In this document: positions 60,148 to 64,000 of the stretch, piece after piece
Position numbering within the stretch: the stretch's first letter is position 1
How the letters are laid out: the number at the start of each line of letters is the position of its first letter
Assembly (NCBI GenBank): GCA_965203055.1
Contig: OZ241863.1
Coordinates: forward strand, 576,001 to 640,000
Source of the DNA: Spirochaetia bacterium
GTDB taxonomy: Bacteria > Spirochaetota > Spirochaetia > SZUA-6 > Bin103
Length of the DNA: 64,000 bases
Reading direction: 5' to 3'
Translations under genes and position numbers: made by a program
Notes under the pieces: generated by a model
Seen by the model: only the letters and a program-made list of their open reading frames with translations
The model's database searches: none
Told to the model about the DNA's origin: nothing

Positions 60148-61314
60148 CTACTGGCCGGCCGGCGCGAGCTCGCCGATCGAGGATTCCATTCGGGCGCGCT
60201 CGCCGGTGCGGGCGGACACCTGCTCCTCGCTCAGCACCGCGGGATGGGCGCCAGGCGGCAGCGGCGTCCGGTACTGGTAGGCGGGGTCGGCGCGGCGCCG
60301 CTTCTCCACCTCGATCATCTCCCGCCAGCTCTGCCACAGACCGCGCAGCTCCGGCATGTCGGGGGCGATTTCGCGCGCCAGCTTCTTGAGGCGGTAGCAG
60401 GGTACGCCGGCGAACATGTGATGCTCGGTGTGCCAGTTCATGCGCCAGTAGAGAAACGAAGTGAACGGGTCGAGCCGGTTGGACCGCACGCACATGCGGA
60501 AGTCGGGCACGCCGTCCATCAACCCGACGTGCATCGGGGTGCCCACCAGCCCGGCCAGCCAGTTGCCGCAGAACAGAAAGCCGGTGAACACGATCGATAT
60601 CCACCAGGCGCCGGTGGCCGCCGACAGCAGCAGCAGCCCGCCGTGGAACAGGATCGTCAGCCGGGCGAAGCGCACCGCCTTGCGCTCCACCTCGGGGGCC
60701 AGCTCGAACAGCGCTTCGGTCCACTCGCTGGTGCGGATGCTGGTCAGGTCGCGCCGGTACCGGGGAATGGCCATGCGCACGGCGGCGCCGATGATCTGGA
60801 TCATTCCCTGGACGTTGAAGGTGAGCCGCTGCGCGACTTGCAGCGGCTTCAGCGGCAGATCGATCGGCAGCACCACCTCGCGGTCACCCTCCGGATAGAG
60901 CGTGTAGCGATGGTGGTAGGTATGGCTCATCGCGTATTCGTGGTAGCTCCACCAGGTGAGCAGCGACATCGGTACCAGGAAGAAGCGGTTGAGCCACTTG
61001 GTCTTGAACACGGTGCCGTGGCCGAGCTCGTGGGTGGCGAGCCCGCGCAGGAACGTGCCCACCGTGCCCTGGCACCAGAGCGCGAGCGCGAACGGCAGCC
61101 ACATGCCCTGGATGAAGAACCAGGCGGTGGCCGCGCCGCAGGCGGCCCACAGGCCCAGGTGGCCAAGGGTCTGGAAGGCGCCCTGCAGATCGCTGCGCCG
61201 CATGAGTTGGCGCAGCTTCGCGGGCTCGATCGGGCAGCGGTACCACTTGACCCGCAGGTCTCGGCGCACCCGCTCCAGCGGGGGGAACTCGCGCGCCGGC
61301 GCTTTCTGCAGCAT
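60148..61314 (-). CDS. Fatty acid desaturase-family protein
   Basis: Three His boxes HELGH, HTYHH, HTEHH. Confidence 0.9.
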   Translation of the reverse strand: MLQKAPAREFPPLERVRRDLRVKWYRCPIEPAKLRQLMRRSDLQGAFQTLGHLGLWAACGAATAWFFIQGMWLPFALALWCQGTVGTFLRGLATHELGHGTVFKTKWLNRFFLVPMSLLTWWSYHEYAMSHTYHHRYTLYPEGDREVVLPIDLPLKPLQVAQRLTFNVQGMIQIIGAAVRMAIPRYRRDLTSIRTSEWTEALFELAPEVERKAVRFARLTILFHGGLLLLSAATGAWWISIVFTGFLFCGNWLAGLVGTPMHVGLMDGVPDFRMCVRSNRLDPFTSFLYWRMNWHTEHHMFAGVPCYRLKKLAREIAPDMPELRGLWQSWREMIEVEKRRRADPAYQYRTPLPPGAHPAVLSEEQVSARTGERARMESSIGELAPAGQ

Positions 61315-61372
61315 TACGCGGCCGGATACTAGTGCACCCGCCGCCGCCGCGCAAGTGAACCGGGCAGTGCAG

Positions 61373-62230
61373 TCAGCCGCGGTCGGCGGTGATGAACGCG
61401 CTGCGGCCTTCGTGGCGCTCGCGGAGTTGTTGCCGGGTGCCGCGCGCCGCCGTGATGCCGCCGTCGACCATCAGGTTGACGCCGGTGACGTGCACGCTCT
61501 CGTCGCTCGCCAGATACACCGCGGCGTGGGCAATGTCGTCCGACTGTCCGGCGCGGCCCTGCGGCATGTTCCGCTCGAACCAGTGGGTGAGGCGGGCGCT
61601 GCGCGCCGCGTTCTCCTGCTCCGTAAGGCCGGTCTGGCCGCCCCAGAAGATCGGCGTGATGATTCCGCCCGGCGAGATGCAGTTGACCCGCACGCGATGC
61701 TCGGCCAGCTCGGTCGCCCACACCTTGGTCACGTGAATCACGCCCGCCTTGCAGGCCGAGTATTCGGCGCTCGAGCCGTCGGTGGTCACGCCGGCCGTGC
61801 TGCCGTTGTTGATGATGCTGCCGCTGCGCTGCCGCTTCATGATCGGCGCGGCGTGCTTGACGCCGAGAAAGCAGGAGCCGAGCAGCACCAGCGCGTCACG
61901 CTGGAACAGGTCGAAGTCGATGTCGTCCACCTCGCGGTAGGGATGGCCGCTGCCGGCGTTGTTGAACAGCACGTCGAGCCGCCCCCAGCGCTCGACCGTG
62001 CCCTGCACCATCGCCCGCACGTCGGCTTCCACGGTTACGTCGGTGCGGATGAATTGGGCGCTGTCGCCGAGGCGCCGCGCCAACTCCCGGCCCGCCTCCT
62101 CGTTGCGCGCGGCGATCGTCACCCGCGCGCCCTCGGCCACGTAGCGCTCGACCGTCGCCGCGCCCATGCCGCTGTTGCCGCCGGTAACGATCGCCACCTT
62201 GCCTGCCAATCGGCCTGTGTCGGTTCCCAT
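61373..62230 (-). CDS. SDR family oxidoreductase
   Basis: TGGNSGMG, NNAG, YSACK. Confidence 0.92.
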   Translation of the reverse strand: MGTDTGRLAGKVAIVTGGNSGMGAATVERYVAEGARVTIAARNEEAGRELARRLGDSAQFIRTDVTVEADVRAMVQGTVERWGRLDVLFNNAGSGHPYREVDDIDFDLFQRDALVLLGSCFLGVKHAAPIMKRQRSGSIINNGSTAGVTTDGSSAEYSACKAGVIHVTKVWATELAEHRVRVNCISPGGIITPIFWGGQTGLTEQENAARSARLTHWFERNMPQGRAGQSDDIAHAAVYLASDESVHVTGVNLMVDGGITAARGTRQQLRERHEGRSAFITADRG

Positions 62231-62398
62231 ACCCGCCAGTGTAGCGCGCGGCGCGGCAACGCGCCAGAGCGGCCGCGACCGGCCGCGACCGCCCGCGGCG
62301 GGCGGTTGACACGGCCCGCCATTGTCCGGTATCTGTGGCCGTCAATTGATGCGAGCCGCTCGGTGCTCGCTCAACAAGTAAAGAGGGAGGATCCCCGA

Positions 62399-64000
62399 AT
62401 GATGATGAGTATTCGTTTGTTGATCGCCGCGTCGCTGCTGGCGGCGCCGGCGCTGCTGTTCGCCGGCGGCGAAGAGGAGGAGGGCGGCGGCGCCGCCGAG
62501 GGCGCCGCGGCGATGGCATCCACCGGCAAGTACAGCGAAGCGCCGGAACTGGCCGCCCGCGTGGCCGCCGGCGAGTTGCCGCCGGTCGAAGAGCGCCTGC
62601 CGCTGGAACCGCGCGTCCTGAGCGCGGAGCGCAACGACATCCCGCCCGAGGACCTGAACTTCGAGGTCGGCAAGTATGGCGGCATCCTGCGTTCGGTGCA
62701 GCCCGACCCGTCCTGGAATCCCGACATCTTCGTGATGAACGACGAGTCGCTGCTGGCCGCCCCCGGGATCCTGGCCGACGGCATCGGCGGCAACGTGGCC
62801 TCCAGCTTCGAGGTCTCCCCCGACGGGCGCGTCTTTACGCTTACGCTGCGCGAAGGGATCAAGTGGTCGGACGGCGTGCCGGTGACCACCGAGGACGTGC
62901 GCTTCACCTACGAGGACTTCCTGCTCAACGACCAGCTTACCAAGGTGTTCCCGCGCTGGATGCGCTCGGCGAGCAAGTCGGACGGTGAACCGCTGAAGAT
63001 CGAAATCATCGACGACTACACCTTCCGCATCAGCTTCGCGGAGCGCTACGACGGCTTTCCGGCCTATCTGTCGATCGTGCAGTGGAAGGGCTACACCGAG
63101 TTCGTGAAGCCGGCCCACTACCTCAAGCAGTGGCACGCCGACTACACGCCGCTGGCGGACCTCGAGGACGAGATTGCCGAGGAGGGCCTGGGCAAGGGCG
63201 AGTGGGGGGCGCTGTTCAACAACCGCGACGCCCGCAACTGGGACCTGACCCGCCCCAAGGCGCTCGGCTTCCCGGTGCTCAACCCGTGGATGCTGGTGGA
63301 CCAGAGCCCGACCACCTCGGTGTACGAGCGCAACCCCTACTACTTCAAGGTCGACAGCATCGGCCAGCAGCTCCCCTACATCAACGGGCTGCGCTCGCAG
63401 GTGGTGGCGGACGTGGAGATGTCCAACCTGAAGGTGCTCGCCGGTGAGGTGGACTTCCTGCGCGAGGACGCCACCCTCGACAAGCTCGACCTGTACAAGG
63501 AGAACGAGGACCGCGCCGGTTACGAGATCGTGCTGCTCGACATGCACGTCAGCCCGACCGACCCGCGGCTGAACCTGACCTACGACGATCCGGTATGGCG
63601 CCAGGTAGTGGGCGACGTGCGCTTCCGCACCGCGCTCAGCCACGCCATCAACCGCGACGAGATCATCGACGCGATCTACTTCGGCTTCGCGACGCCCTCC
63701 ACCTTCGTGCCCACGGCGTACGATCCGGCATTGGCCAACCGCCTGCTCGACGAGGTGGGCCTGGACCGGCGCGACGCTCAGGGCTTCCGGCTGGGTCCGG
63801 ACGGCAAGACCTTCGAGATTCCGTTCGAGATTGCCATGCACGCCACCGACATGGTGCCGGTGACCGAAATGATCGCCGAGTACTGGAAGGACGTGGGGCT
63901 CAAGACCACGATGAAGACCATCGAGCCCGGGCTGCAGCGCACGCGGCGCAATGCCAACGAGCTGCAGGCCGACATCGGGTGGCACCACGGTCCCGAGCTG
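62399..64000 (+). CDS. ABC transporter substrate-binding protein, family 5 (runs off window)
   Basis: Manual translation MMMSIRLL...LFAGGEEE...GELPPVEERLP..GKYGG..LR.G.KWSDG.P.T.EDV..ERNPYY.KVD..GQQLPYI. Confidence 0.9.
   Translation, partial: MMMSIRLLIAASLLAAPALLFAGGEEEEGGGAAEGAAAMASTGKYSEAPELAARVAAGELPPVEERLPLEPRVLSAERNDIPPEDLNFEVGKYGGILRSVQPDPSWNPDIFVMNDESLLAAPGILADGIGGNVASSFEVSPDGRVFTLTLREGIKWSDGVPVTTEDVRFTYEDFLLNDQLTKVFPRWMRSASKSDGEPLKIEIIDDYTFRISFAERYDGFPAYLSIVQWKGYTEFVKPAHYLKQWHADYTPLADLEDEIAEEGLGKGEWGALFNNRDARNWDLTRPKALGFPVLNPWMLVDQSPTTSVYERNPYYFKVDSIGQQLPYINGLRSQVVADVEMSNLKVLAGEVDFLREDATLDKLDLYKENEDRAGYEIVLLDMHVSPTDPRLNLTYDDPVWRQVVGDVRFRTALSHAINRDEIIDAIYFGFATPSTFVPTAYDPALANRLLDEVGLDRRDAQGFRLGPDGKTFEIPFEIAMHATDMVPVTEMIAEYWKDVGLKTTMKTIEPGLQRTRRNANELQADIGWHHGPEL

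Overview
High-GC bacterial window; the 'LFAGGEEE' signal-peptide end of the last ABC binding protein suggests a Spirochaetaceae-like organism (inference). The centre (8.7-25.5 kb) is a type III-D CRISPR-Cas locus. A leftward effector operon (csx1 CARF-HEPN, HD-less cas10 with intact GGDD, cas7, csx10/cas5, two small cas11-like genes, cas7, cas7, csx19, cas7) and a rightward processing/adaptation operon (stand-alone C-terminal half of type I-G Csb2, I-G-like cas1 without cas4, cas2, 22-repeat array) lie on either side of an RtcR-like CARF-AAA+-HTH sigma-54 activator gene. Each operon is preceded by a consensus sigma-54 promoter, and the two promoters are 17/20 identical (GATGGCACG-N3-ATTGCTTA). 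This points to a CRISPR system transcriptionally switched by a CARF-sensing enhancer-binding protein, which is the most interesting feature here. Around it are a DHH-like protein at the end of the effector operon, an intact ISKra4-family IS with an 8-bp target duplication, three further ISKra4-like ends attached to nuclease gene remnants, a low-GC foreign insert that truncates the last CRISPR repeat, a 5'-truncated ISL3, an orphan m6A methyltransferase, an Rpn nuclease with a likely intragenic antitoxin, TA genes and an ATPase+nuclease pair. The rest is housekeeping and transport: proC-proA-proB, bshC-bshA-hemC-hemL, pntAA-pntAB-pntB, proXWV, ABC transporters and oxidoreductases. All family assignments come from motif recognition by eye; no database searches were run.
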